A DNA stretch of 32,000 nucleotides from Trichlorobacter lovleyi SZ (GCF_000020385.1 NC_010814.1:2280001-2312000), one strand, 5' to 3'; numbered from the stretch's first letter, positions 17,794 through 26,940 are shown. A program made the numbers and translations. The notes: generated from the letters alone by a model not told the origin.

Positions 17794-18411
17794 TCAGTAG
17801 GCATACAGCACCGACATGTTTGCCTGTTCAGTTGCATTTGTTACCTTTTCAGCCTGAACTTCAAGCCGATACACGTAGGGTATGTGTTGAGGAGTAATTA
17901 CAGAAAGAGATTCTGCTACTCCAGCCCCCTCAAGTTCCAGACCACTGACATCAGTATTACCAAAAACAGTATCAACAATTTTGGAATAAATGGCATAAGG
18001 CTGCCCCCCGGTTGCAGAAGGCAGCCTAAAGGTAAAGTCAGCGCCAGATTTAGCTGAAACAGTACTACTACAGGCCGAACCCCACTGGGATGTTTCCTTG
18101 GTGAGTTTGTCGTTTAAACAAGAATCAGTTGCAAGCACAGAAAGGTTAATGCTTGTTCCATAGGTTGTCTCCAAAAACGTTTTAGGAGAGGCAATATTTT
18201 TTAGCACCTGTGGCACAAGCTCTTTCATGACAATGTCAGTGCCGCCATAGGATGCTTCCAGGGCTGTTTTATAGCGCTTCAACGCGCCTGTACGCTGAAT
18301 ATTCTGGGTTATCATGTACATTACAGACATCACAATTGCCAGCGAAATCAAGGTCATTACCAATGACGTAACAAGCGCTACTCCCTCTTCCTGTTGTAAA
18401 AACCGCTTCAT
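17794..18411 (-). CDS. PilX-like type IV pilus minor pilin (PilX_N-type N-terminus)
   Basis: MKRFLQQEEGVALVTSLVMTLISLAIVMSVMYM resembles the PilX N-terminal hydrophobic helix. Its position after pilW fits. I chose ATG 18411 because GAGGAG lies 5 nt upstream; the alternative ATG 18438 forms an ATGA overlap with the pilW stop. Confidence 0.65.
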   Translation of the reverse strand: MKRFLQQEEGVALVTSLVMTLISLAIVMSVMYMITQNIQRTGALKRYKTALEASYGGTDIVMKELVPQVLKNIASPKTFLETTYGTSINLSVLATDSCLNDKLTKETSQWGSACSSTVSAKSGADFTFRLPSATGGQPYAIYSKIVDTVFGNTDVSGLELEGAGVAESLSVITPQHIPYVYRLEVQAEKVTNATEQANMSVLYAY

Positions 18412-18434
18412 GGTCACTCCTCGTTTAACGTGCA

Positions 18435-19730
18435 TCATTGATTTGACATGAGGTTTTTAGGACGGACCACTAACCGATAAATCTTCCAGCGATAATTCCG
18501 CATATCAGAGGTAAATGTATAGGTCTTGGTGATGCCATCTGTTGCAGCATCACCAAGCACAATTGAACTGCTTGGGCTCTGATAATTTGCATCACGTCGC
18601 CCTACCTGAGCCAGCAGGTACACTTTCACAACTTTCAGGCTATTGCGTAGTTTTTCAGGGTTACCCAAAGCATCTGTCACACGTGTTTGCATTGCAGATG
18701 CAGAGGGAGTTGCTGAAGACTGAACTGTAATGGCACCACCGGTACCAATTGGGGTAGAGTAGGTATCAATCACACCATCCTGCCCTTCATTACCTTGACC
18801 GTCATCAAGATCCCAGCCAAAAATGACCTGCATATCAGCAACACAGTCAAGCAATGGAATGTAGGTTAATTTTGCATAAGCAGCAGAATTGGCATGGACC
18901 ACTGCACCTTTATACAGAATCCCGGTATTTGCATGACAAAAAGAAGGAATTTTACCAGCTGTTGTTGGGCGGGCAACAAAATAATCAGTGCGGTTAAAAG
19001 GCATTCCTAGGGGATCATCGGCTTTAATACCATAAAGGTAATAGACTTCTTCTTTTAGTGTCGGGTTGAATACAGGATCAGCAAAACCGTCCGCATAATA
19101 TCGAGCCCAGTAAATAGAAGGATCAGAGGAGGTTATCATCTGGTTTGAGTAGCCAGAGCTGGTGTAGGTCTTTTTTAGCACAATCACCCGTGAGGCGTCT
19201 GCGCTGGGACCGTCAATCAGGTTTCCGGTTTGCCAGATCCTGGGTTTAAGCTTACCGGTTGTTGCACTACTATAGGGCATGTAGGTCCATCTTTTTGCTG
19301 TTTCATTCATACCCAGTGTAGAGCCTTTTAAGGCAAGGTAGTCGGTGCCAAACACGATATTAGTAGCCTCGTCACCGGTAGCCCCGGCAACCGCCCCCAG
19401 ATTGTCCCCAGCCACCACTGCGCGCGGCACACCGCTTGTTGTTGATCCGGTACAATCATTATAGTTGCTGGCAGGTGCATAACCGGCTTCAATGCAGGAT
19501 ATTGGCGATAAATACGAAAACGGCAAACCATAGCCTGCCTGTTGCAGATCATGGCGAAACATCTCAAGACCGACCACACCCTCAATGTTGCTTTCTTCTG
19601 ACTTGGTGATTTTGGTCATCTGCGTCAAGATAGTTTTAAATGAGTCCGCAGTAATCATGATGACGACAACAAACACCGCCATGACTACAATCATCTCAAC
19701 TAATGTAAAACCCTTACGGGAGTTTAGCAT
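18435..19730 (-). CDS. PilW-like type IV pilus minor pilin
   Basis: Prepilin leader and cleavage/methylation motif MLNSRKG|FTLVEMIVVMAVF. ATG 19730 is preceded by GGAGG (19737-19741). The track's start at 19742 is a TTG lying inside that SD. Confidence 0.75.
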   Translation of the reverse strand: MLNSRKGFTLVEMIVVMAVFVVVIMITADSFKTILTQMTKITKSEESNIEGVVGLEMFRHDLQQAGYGLPFSYLSPISCIEAGYAPASNYNDCTGSTTSGVPRAVVAGDNLGAVAGATGDEATNIVFGTDYLALKGSTLGMNETAKRWTYMPYSSATTGKLKPRIWQTGNLIDGPSADASRVIVLKKTYTSSGYSNQMITSSDPSIYWARYYADGFADPVFNPTLKEEVYYLYGIKADDPLGMPFNRTDYFVARPTTAGKIPSFCHANTGILYKGAVVHANSAAYAKLTYIPLLDCVADMQVIFGWDLDDGQGNEGQDGVIDTYSTPIGTGGAITVQSSATPSASAMQTRVTDALGNPEKLRNSLKVVKVYLLAQVGRRDANYQSPSSSIVLGDAATDGITKTYTFTSDMRNYRWKIYRLVVRPKNLMSNQ

Positions 19731-19748
19731 GACTGCCTCCAATGCACT

Positions 19749-20156
19749 CTACTGGTACTGTGACACAACTGATGATATAGAATGCACATAGCGTTGCCCT
19801 TTGTATTTCCAAATCAGCTGCATATCAATATTGGTGGATTGAGACGTAAGCGCGGTACTGGTCTTGATCACAGAATAATTCCTAAATGCACCATTAACCA
19901 TACGTGGCACAACGGCAGAACGAGTATTAGTTGAAATAGCTTCAAACTTCTTGGCTTTTTCAAGATTAATCTGTTCATCACCAACCATCAACGCCTCTTG
20001 ACGCAGCTGGTTGGTCATATTGTTGGAAATTGCGTAGTTGACAGTCTGCAATAACCCCAACATGCCAACCATCAGAATCACAATGGCAACCAGAAACTCG
20101 ATCAGAGTAAAGCCGGAATTATTGGTATTCACACTTTTTGGGACTAAGAGTTTCAT
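19749..20156 (-). CDS. PilV-like type IV pilus minor pilin
   Basis: 135 aa. ...NNSG|FTLIEFLVAIVILMVGMLGLLQT is a PilV-type N-terminus. It overlaps the upstream fimT-like gene by 38 nt. Confidence 0.8.
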   Translation of the reverse strand: MKLLVPKSVNTNNSGFTLIEFLVAIVILMVGMLGLLQTVNYAISNNMTNQLRQEALMVGDEQINLEKAKKFEAISTNTRSAVVPRMVNGAFRNYSVIKTSTALTSQSTNIDMQLIWKYKGQRYVHSISSVVSQYQ

Positions 20157-20619
20157 TAATTTTCCCCATGTTTACCCTTGCGGTAGACACCCCAAGGCAG
20201 TTATATGCCGGACTTCCTACCCCAACTCCAACGGCAATAGTCAACCAGTCGTTGGTATAGCCACGATCATCAAAGCTCAGTATCGTGTTAGTGAATGCGG
20301 CATATGTTCCATCTGATTTAAGTTGTTGAACCGAATACTTAAGATTTTTACTAAACACCTCTGTACCATTTACATCGAACTCACTACTGTAACGACGAAA
20401 AGCATAAGATGTGGGATTAAGAATCACCCTATGCTGTTGTTTAGTCGCTATTGCTCTGGTGCGTACATCCGTCAGATCCCCAAGCATCTCTTTAACCTGG
20501 CCTTCAATATTATATTTTTTCTGCCAATCATTGAAGTTCAAGGTCGCTACAGCCAGCATGATTGAAATCAAGGCAATAACGACTATCAACTCTGTCAGAG
20601 AAAAACCACGGTTATTCAT
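20119..20619 (-). CDS. FimT/FimU (GspH-family) minor pilin
   Basis: 166 aa. MNNRG|FSLTELIVVIALISIMLAVA prepilin motif followed by a GspH-like region (..DLTDVRTRAI...). Confidence 0.8.
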   Translation of the reverse strand: MNNRGFSLTELIVVIALISIMLAVATLNFNDWQKKYNIEGQVKEMLGDLTDVRTRAIATKQQHRVILNPTSYAFRRYSSEFDVNGTEVFSKNLKYSVQQLKSDGTYAAFTNTILSFDDRGYTNDWLTIAVGVGVGSPAYNCLGVSTARVNMGKINETLSPKKCEYQ

Positions 20620-20673
20620 GGGCTACCTCGCCCTCCCTGCCGCCGGATACAGCGACAGGGAGAATGCAGTCAA

Positions 20674-23600
20674 CTACTTTTCCTGGATATGGATAATTTT
20701 CTTAATCGGCTTGGGGTTAGTCAGCAATGACAAGCCTTGCGCCTTGGGCGGGACACCCTGTATGGCACCTGAACGCCTGTTTTCCTTGTCGGTAAATCCT
20801 GCTGACATGGACACCTCTGCAAATGCACCAGTTGATACTTGCACCATGATTTTACCCTTCATGGTATTTGGCGCTGGAGCACCACCAGTTGCATAATTTA
20901 GTGCCCAGATATACGAATTGCCTCCATATCCGCAGACATCGGATGTCGGGCGGAAGGTGGTGTAGAATACCGTGCCACTCGTCGAAGCAACCGGGTCAGT
21001 GATGACCCGCTCGGAAGAGTAACCATCCCCCAAGGAGTCATCATCAAGGTTGATGTACCAACCTTTTTTACTTGCTGCCAGTGTAGCTGACGGCGATGTA
21101 GTCTGATCATCCAGGTCTGTCGCAGCTACTGTTGTTGTACAGCTCGGTAGAATCTTATTGGTCGCAGCATCATAACAAGGATCTTGCACTGCATACAACC
21201 GCCTGGAACTGCCCGAGTCATCTATTTCGGTTGAGTTCTTGTAGAAATAACGACCGGTACCGAAATACAGCCATAACTTTCCGTTAGCCCTGTCCTGAAG
21301 TTTTGCCACAGCTGCAGATACCGGCCCTATACCGCTAATCACGGAACTCCAGGTCCAGGGTTTGCTACCATCATTAGGGTCAACACTCTCATTAGTAGAC
21401 AGACGAATAACCCCACCCTTTGACCAGTGTGTTGCGTCTACCTTTTGCACATACCCGAAATATGCTGCATCATCCTTGTAGAAACCGTCTTTATAGGAGT
21501 ATGAACGATCATTGTCAACCGCAGCATTGGAGGCTGAACCTGCAAAGGCATCAGTCAGCGTCGTGGTAATAGTCTTGACTAATGCACCGGTTGCCAAATC
21601 AACTATAAAGAGCCTTAGGGGCTGATCTGAACGTCCAAGAAACTGGTTATTGGCAGTATCTATAGTACCGGTCGGGCCAGAGGCAAAGACAGCAAACCAG
21701 CGTCCGTTCTTGTTTTTATCACCGACCCTCATGATAACCGGCCCTGCCGTAGCATGCCCCAGATTGTTTGCTGCAGTTGTGTTTCCAGGAAACTCCCACA
21801 GGTATTTGGGTTGCATTGGATCTGTTACATCAAGCGCAAAATACGATGAATAGCCAAATCCTCTGGTATTGGGAGCTGCCGTACTGTCAGTAGGATCAAC
21901 AATGGGAGTTTTAATACAATCCGTACCGCCACCTGCACAGCTTCCTGCACGACTCCTGCTGGCGCCACCTAGCCCGCTTCCACCTATCAGGACCGTCTTC
22001 CAGCTGGTATTAGCGACATCAAGATTTTGGGTACCGGAATTATATTGTGTCTGTTTAGGGCACTCCCAGTAATTGGTTGAGCAGTTTGGATAAGCCACCG
22101 TGTCATAGGTAGCTGGCTTGTTAATTGAGATATCCACGATCAACGGCGTCCCATCCACATAAAACAGGTGGGGATAGGCCGTGTCTGCCAAGTATTTTAG
22201 ATAGGGCAAAACCTGCCGGGGAACGAAGGCCCATTCTTCCTTTCCAATAGCATCTGCAGCATCCGCCCTGATGTTTGCATTGGCACCAATAGTTGTACCA
22301 GAGGCAACTTTTGTATAGTCGTTGAGTTTTGCCTTGTCTGCCTTGCAACTGGTGCTGTTTGAATCCGACTCCAGATTCCGGCAAGGGTCAGTAAGTTCTT
22401 TCAGCACTCCAAGCCTGAAGGCATGCAACATACCGTCATTTGCACCAACATACGCCATACCACGATTACCATAATCATTTGATTTTATGAATTTTTCATA
22501 CGAACTATCGGCATAGCCAACCGGTGGATTCTGACTATACGCATTCAATCCCACGTTACCCTGAACCTTTGGGGTGGAACTGATAATATCACCCAGCCGC
22601 CAGGTGCCTGCAGTGCCAGCTATGGTAGCAGCCCGGGAGCGATAGCCCGATTGATCAGTACCCCTTATGAAGTTAATGATCTTTTCTGCTTCTGTAGCAT
22701 TCGCTGCCTGCAGATAGGTAAGCACGGTAGAATCTGTCTTTAAAGCAGTTGCAAATTCTGCCAGATGGGTTGCTTCACTTGCAGCGTTAAGTACTGAATC
22801 AAGAGTAGAGTCTGTTGACCCGCCAATACGGGTATAGATTTTACGTGCATCAGTCGTTAGATTGCGTGCCCAGAGTATACGACCGGCACGCCAGAGACTC
22901 TTGACGTTGGTGGTGTCATCAGGGTTGAAAGAACCGAGGTCTGCCAGGACAGTACCATCGCCCTTGGTATCCCTTAAAAGTCGAACGAGCGTTTGACTAC
23001 TTGAACTGTCGAAGTAAAACTGGGCAACATAATCTTCCAGCAGATTAAGCTTGTTGTTGGCAACGGTATCCACCCTGATGGAGGTAAAATTAAGGTAGGG
23101 GTCAAGGTAGTACCACATGTTCTGAAGCTCTCCAACCCAGGTTGCTTCAGAGCCCGCATCGAAGGTTTTTTTGGGGTAGAACACTGCCTGTAACAGGCTG
23201 GCTCCGCTACCCTCACTATTATTGAGGATTGAAGCTGCCGTACCGGAAGAAACACGAGACAAAATATCGTTAAACGCTTGACTAAGGGCTGTTACCAGTT
23301 GCTGCCCCTGTTGGGCCTCAAAATACGTATCTGGAATGCCATCACCGTTTTTATCCCATTCAGAACACTTTGAGTTAGGTGATGCCGTACCACAGGTGCT
23401 GTCAGTATATGGTTTTCCGTTATTATCGAGGTCTTCATAGCCACCATACTTGGCAGTCCGCTTCAAAAGTTCACGCCCAACAGATGAATCATCAAAGGCA
23501 AACACCGTATAGATGGTCAGGTTTTGCTTACCGTCAATATTACTTTTACCAACAGAAGCTGTTCTTAAGTCAGTGTTATGGGCATAATAAGCAACCCCTT

Positions 23601-25734
23601 CCAGATAATAGGTACCTTCCGAGCTATTGGCAGCGGTTGCCTTCTGGCTCGTGATCCCTTCGTTGGCTGCAATACTGTCCATCCAGGTCTGCACGTTGAA
23701 ACTATAAGGATCTGTTACCTTTGAGACAGAACCGTCGCCGTTAAAAGCGCTACTTGGCAGATTCTGATCTTTTGTTGATTCACCATCAGTTACAATCATG
23801 ACAAAGTTTCGCTGACATGATTGGGTCACCGGGTCGCTGCTACTGTAATCAACTGAAGAATTATAGGCGCTGGGACGGGCCTCAAAATAGCGTACCGCCT
23901 CATATAATGATTCTGCCAGCGGTGTCCAGGACGATGGATCACTGGTTTCAATCTGATAAGTAAGGTTCTCTTTGGTAGCCCCGACATTTGATGCTATATA
24001 GCCGCCGTCTTTATCACCGCTGTTTGCATCTTCATAATAAGTACCGTCAGTATTAAAAAACATGGCTCCAATCCGGATGCGGTCGGCATACTGAGTGACC
24101 AGACCATCGGTTGGTGGCTGGGTCCCGTACAGCACCTTGATATTATAGGTAGCAGTATAAGAAGAGCAGCTACTGCTGGTACATACATACAATTTGGGAC
24201 CGTCATTTACCTTATAATAGACTCCTGAATACAATTTGTAATAGTCTCGACTGGTATCAGCCAGACCGACCAGGTAATTATTGGTTGAGGTGGTAACGCG
24301 AGGATTCACAGGGTTAGTGTTACTGCCCTGTACTACCCTGCCCCCAACCAAAACCTTGCGCACAACATCCACCCGGCGCATGGTCAGCCAGTTCAGCATA
24401 TTGCCGGACCAGAAATTAGTTTTATCCAGCGTCTTGGTTGTATCGATCTCAAAATAGCCGCTGCTGTTGTATTTATACATCTTGGTATTATCAAAGTAGC
24501 CGTAATAAATCGTGCTGGAATTATAGCTGGCATCAGCCCCTGAGCCGGTATAATTCCCTTTCCCTGCAGTCTTGTAGGCAAACTCCTCCATACTGCCTGA
24601 GTTGTCAACAATCAGAAGCAGGTTGGGCTTTACGCCAGTACCCGCAACAAAAGGTGGAACCTGGGCGTATTCGATAATATTGGGGGGTGTCAGATTCTGC
24701 ACTGTGGTAAATTTCAAAAGATAGGCACTTGACATACTATTTCCAGCCAAGTCTTTAACCCCCGTAGATACCGTGACAGTGTAATCAGTTGCATAGTTCA
24801 GGGAACCGCTGCTAAGTGTCAGGGTAACTGTACGGTCACCATCAAATGAAGGTGCTGCCCAGCTGCCTCCGGACACAGTGAAGTTGGCAGCACTAATGCT
24901 GGATGTCAGCATTGCCTCATTAAATACAATCTGTATGGTGGGGGTAACCGAAACCCCTGTTGCACCTGTTACAGGGACAGTTGACAACACCTGAGGAGGC
25001 GTGCTGTCTGGATTCACAGTGGTAAAACTCCAGCTATAATTACTCAACATGGCATTGCCAGTAACATCCTTAACCGTATTGTGGACAGTGACGGTATAAG
25101 TGGTACCGGGGCTTAGGTTGGTAGATGGCTGAAAAGTGGCCTCTTTGGTGTCATAGGTAATGGCACCGGTTACTGCGGGAGAAAGAGTGATACTGGCAGC
25201 CGGAGATTCGACAGTAGTGGCATCCATATCTTCACTGAACAAGGCAGAAATAGACGAATCAACCGGTATGTTGGTGGCGCCACTGGCAGGATAGATTGGA
25301 CTGACCGTTGGAGGGGTCACATCAGTGCTGGCAACGGTTTTAAAGTAGTAGGTATAATTTGTTCCAAGATCTTCCCAGTTTGAAACTGCAATCTTTTTAC
25401 TGATAGAAATCTTGTAAATGGTATTCGCCTTCAGGTTGCTCTTAGGGGTCAGGGTATAGCTTGAGCTATTTGAAGTAGGCGAGTAGGTAACGGCCACTGA
25501 ATTGCCACTAACTGATTCATTTAACGTGATCCTGTAAGTATTATTATTAAGGATTGTAGACCACTTGACAGTTTTATCAAAAGTAACAACGACACCTGAA
25601 GTTACCGGCACGTTGAGGGTTCCTGGTGAAGATGTGGTACCTGGGGTCACCGAGCTAATTGAGAGTGCCTGAGCAAAAGAGGAAAGACCAAGCAGACAGC
25701 TGAACAGCACAACCAAACGAAATAAGTTTTTCAT
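20674..25734 (-). CDS. Very large PilY1-like pilus tip adhesin: signal peptide, three Ig-like repeats, vWA domain, PilY1 C-terminal domain
   Basis: 1,686 aa. Signal peptide MKNLFRLVVLFSCLLGLSSFAQA. MIDAS motif DNSGS at nt 24592-24606. EF-hand-like loop DKNGDGIPD at nt 23329-23355. PilY1/PilC hallmark GANDGMLHAF at nt 22417-22446. SD GAGGAGG lies 7 nt before the ATG. Confidence 0.85.
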   Translation of the reverse strand: MKNLFRLVVLFSCLLGLSSFAQALSISSVTPGTTSSPGTLNVPVTSGVVVTFDKTVKWSTILNNNTYRITLNESVSGNSVAVTYSPTSNSSSYTLTPKSNLKANTIYKISISKKIAVSNWEDLGTNYTYYFKTVASTDVTPPTVSPIYPASGATNIPVDSSISALFSEDMDATTVESPAASITLSPAVTGAITYDTKEATFQPSTNLSPGTTYTVTVHNTVKDVTGNAMLSNYSWSFTTVNPDSTPPQVLSTVPVTGATGVSVTPTIQIVFNEAMLTSSISAANFTVSGGSWAAPSFDGDRTVTLTLSSGSLNYATDYTVTVSTGVKDLAGNSMSSAYLLKFTTVQNLTPPNIIEYAQVPPFVAGTGVKPNLLLIVDNSGSMEEFAYKTAGKGNYTGSGADASYNSSTIYYGYFDNTKMYKYNSSGYFEIDTTKTLDKTNFWSGNMLNWLTMRRVDVVRKVLVGGRVVQGSNTNPVNPRVTTSTNNYLVGLADTSRDYYKLYSGVYYKVNDGPKLYVCTSSSCSSYTATYNIKVLYGTQPPTDGLVTQYADRIRIGAMFFNTDGTYYEDANSGDKDGGYIASNVGATKENLTYQIETSDPSSWTPLAESLYEAVRYFEARPSAYNSSVDYSSSDPVTQSCQRNFVMIVTDGESTKDQNLPSSAFNGDGSVSKVTDPYSFNVQTWMDSIAANEGITSQKATAANSSEGTYYLEGVAYYAHNTDLRTASVGKSNIDGKQNLTIYTVFAFDDSSVGRELLKRTAKYGGYEDLDNNGKPYTDSTCGTASPNSKCSEWDKNGDGIPDTYFEAQQGQQLVTALSQAFNDILSRVSSGTAASILNNSEGSGASLLQAVFYPKKTFDAGSEATWVGELQNMWYYLDPYLNFTSIRVDTVANNKLNLLEDYVAQFYFDSSSSQTLVRLLRDTKGDGTVLADLGSFNPDDTTNVKSLWRAGRILWARNLTTDARKIYTRIGGSTDSTLDSVLNAASEATHLAEFATALKTDSTVLTYLQAANATEAEKIINFIRGTDQSGYRSRAATIAGTAGTWRLGDIISSTPKVQGNVGLNAYSQNPPVGYADSSYEKFIKSNDYGNRGMAYVGANDGMLHAFRLGVLKELTDPCRNLESDSNSTSCKADKAKLNDYTKVASGTTIGANANIRADAADAIGKEEWAFVPRQVLPYLKYLADTAYPHLFYVDGTPLIVDISINKPATYDTVAYPNCSTNYWECPKQTQYNSGTQNLDVANTSWKTVLIGGSGLGGASRSRAGSCAGGGTDCIKTPIVDPTDSTAAPNTRGFGYSSYFALDVTDPMQPKYLWEFPGNTTAANNLGHATAGPVIMRVGDKNKNGRWFAVFASGPTGTIDTANNQFLGRSDQPLRLFIVDLATGALVKTITTTLTDAFAGSASNAAVDNDRSYSYKDGFYKDDAAYFGYVQKVDATHWSKGGVIRLSTNESVDPNDGSKPWTWSSVISGIGPVSAAVAKLQDRANGKLWLYFGTGRYFYKNSTEIDDSGSSRRLYAVQDPCYDAATNKILPSCTTTVAATDLDDQTTSPSATLAASKKGWYINLDDDSLGDGYSSERVITDPVASTSGTVFYTTFRPTSDVCGYGGNSYIWALNYATGGAPAPNTMKGKIMVQVSTGAFAEVSMSAGFTDKENRRSGAIQGVPPKAQGLSLLTNPKPIKKIIHIQEK
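24697..25662 (-). repeat. Three tandem Ig-like (SbsA_Ig/Big_5-type) domain repeats encoded at the 5' end of the pilY1-like gene; the repeat is at protein level and the DNA has diverged
   Basis: The repeat starts align by eye: ISSVTPGTTSSPGTLNVPVTSGVVVTFDKTV / PPTVSPIYPASGATNIPVDSSISALFSEDMD / PPQVLSTVPVTGATGVSVTPTIQIVFNEAML. Each ends in a ..Y.V.V....D..GN.......F.T-type strand. Confidence 0.6.
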
Positions 25735-26030
25735 TTCGGCACCTCCTCAACGACAACAAAAGCTGCTGTATCGCCCTCCAAAGAAGCAGCTATCCGGTCA
25801 TTTTTTCTGGGCTTTGGCGGCTCAGACTGTTCACCAGAGCCTGGCCGGTGCATGAATTTCGTCGCTTCATTCAAATAGATCGTCTTTTTCTGGCCATCTG
25901 ACAGACGGACCACCAGCCTTGTTGAGGTTAGTTCAATCACCTTGCCTCTTACTAGCTCATTGGCCACCAAAGGAACAGCACAACTGAGACTCAAAACCAC
26001 CATGAGCACCCACCCCAATAATCTGTTCAT
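25731..26030 (-). CDS. Small secreted protein of unknown function, translationally coupled to the pilY1-like gene
   Basis: 99 aa from ATG 26030, with AGGAGG at 26038-26043, 7 nt upstream. N-terminal signal-like helix MNRLLGWVLMVVLSLSCAVPLVA. Its stop TGA overlaps the pilY1 ATG (ATGA at 25731-25734). Confidence 0.6.
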   Translation of the reverse strand: MNRLLGWVLMVVLSLSCAVPLVANELVRGKVIELTSTRLVVRLSDGQKKTIYLNEATKFMHRPGSGEQSEPPKPRKNDRIAASLEGDTAAFVVVEEVPK

Positions 26031-26103
26031 ACATGATCCTCCTGCTTCAAAGCCGGGCATTAATATCAGCTTAAAAGTTTAGCTGGCAGACAATTATACA
26101 AAA

Positions 26104-26901
26104 CTACATTCCCTCAATTGCCTTCTTGATACTTTCAGCATCCCGAGGCCCCTGATACGGCTTGCCGTTCGGCAGCAACACCATCGGGGTACCATTGATC
26201 CCCTGTTCCTGGGCAAACTGTATCACGGCATCCACACCAGCCTTGCCTGCATCCCCTTTGGGCTTGGGTAGTTCCTTGCCTTCAAAGGCAAGATCAAGAT
26301 TCTTGCGGCTCTTGGTCGACAGCACCGTCCGAGCCTTGTCGTACGCCTGGGGATGCAGCTGCTGCAAGGGGTAGAGCATGATATGGATCGCCAGATCAGG
26401 CATCATTTTTTCAAGTTTCTGTAGTTCCGGGTGCAGGGTACGGCAGTAGGGGCAGTCGGGGTCGGTAAAGACATACAGTTTCTTTGCAGCCTTGGGGTTG
26501 CCCATGACCATGGCATACTGCACCGGGATCAGCTTGGGATCAAGGCCGCTAAACTGCTTTGGTTTGGGAATATCCTTTTCATGGGCAGCAACCGGCTCTT
26601 TGGTCTTCAGGTCAATGATTACCCCCTGAATCAGGTGCTTCTTGCCATAATCGATAAATACGATCCCTACACCGCCATCTTTTTGGAACAGGACCTCGTG
26701 CATACCGTGGCTGGGAGCCGGTTTGACTGATTTAACCGTAACACCGGCAAAGCTGAGCAGGTCAGTTGCTTCCTTTACTGACAGAGAATGGCACTTGGAG
26801 CATTCTTGGGTACCGCAGCCATCTTTGGCGGGGGACATGGCAAAGGAAGAGACCGCAAACAGCAGCACAAGGGATAGAGTCGTCAGTGTAGTGCGAATCA
26901 T
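26104..26901 (-). CDS. DsbC/DsbG-family periplasmic thiol:disulfide interchange protein with an extra N-terminal Cys-rich CxxCH motif
   Basis: 265 aa from ATG 26901 (SD AAAGGA). Signal peptide MIRTTLTTLSLVLLFAVSSFA. Thioredoxin-fold active site DPDCPYCRTLH (CPYC, as in DsbG). C-x4-C-x2-CH (CGTQECSKCH) at nt 26788-26817. The part of the track ORF upstream of 26901 was discarded. Confidence 0.8.
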   Translation of the reverse strand: MIRTTLTTLSLVLLFAVSSFAMSPAKDGCGTQECSKCHSLSVKEATDLLSFAGVTVKSVKPAPSHGMHEVLFQKDGGVGIVFIDYGKKHLIQGVIIDLKTKEPVAAHEKDIPKPKQFSGLDPKLIPVQYAMVMGNPKAAKKLYVFTDPDCPYCRTLHPELQKLEKMMPDLAIHIMLYPLQQLHPQAYDKARTVLSTKSRKNLDLAFEGKELPKPKGDAGKAGVDAVIQFAQEQGINGTPMVLLPNGKPYQGPRDAESIKKAIEGM

Positions 26902-26940
26902 TGAATAAATCCTTTCAGTTAAGTTGTTCAGACAGACACT

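Noticed and set aside
20633-20662. 7-bp inverted repeat CTCCCTG/CAGGGAG between pilY1 and fimT, considered as an SD-sequestering hairpin
   Set aside because: A better-spaced SD (GAGG, plus-strand CCTC at 20626-20629) lies outside the stem, the loop is 16 nt, and there is no U-tract. No regulatory claim is supportable.
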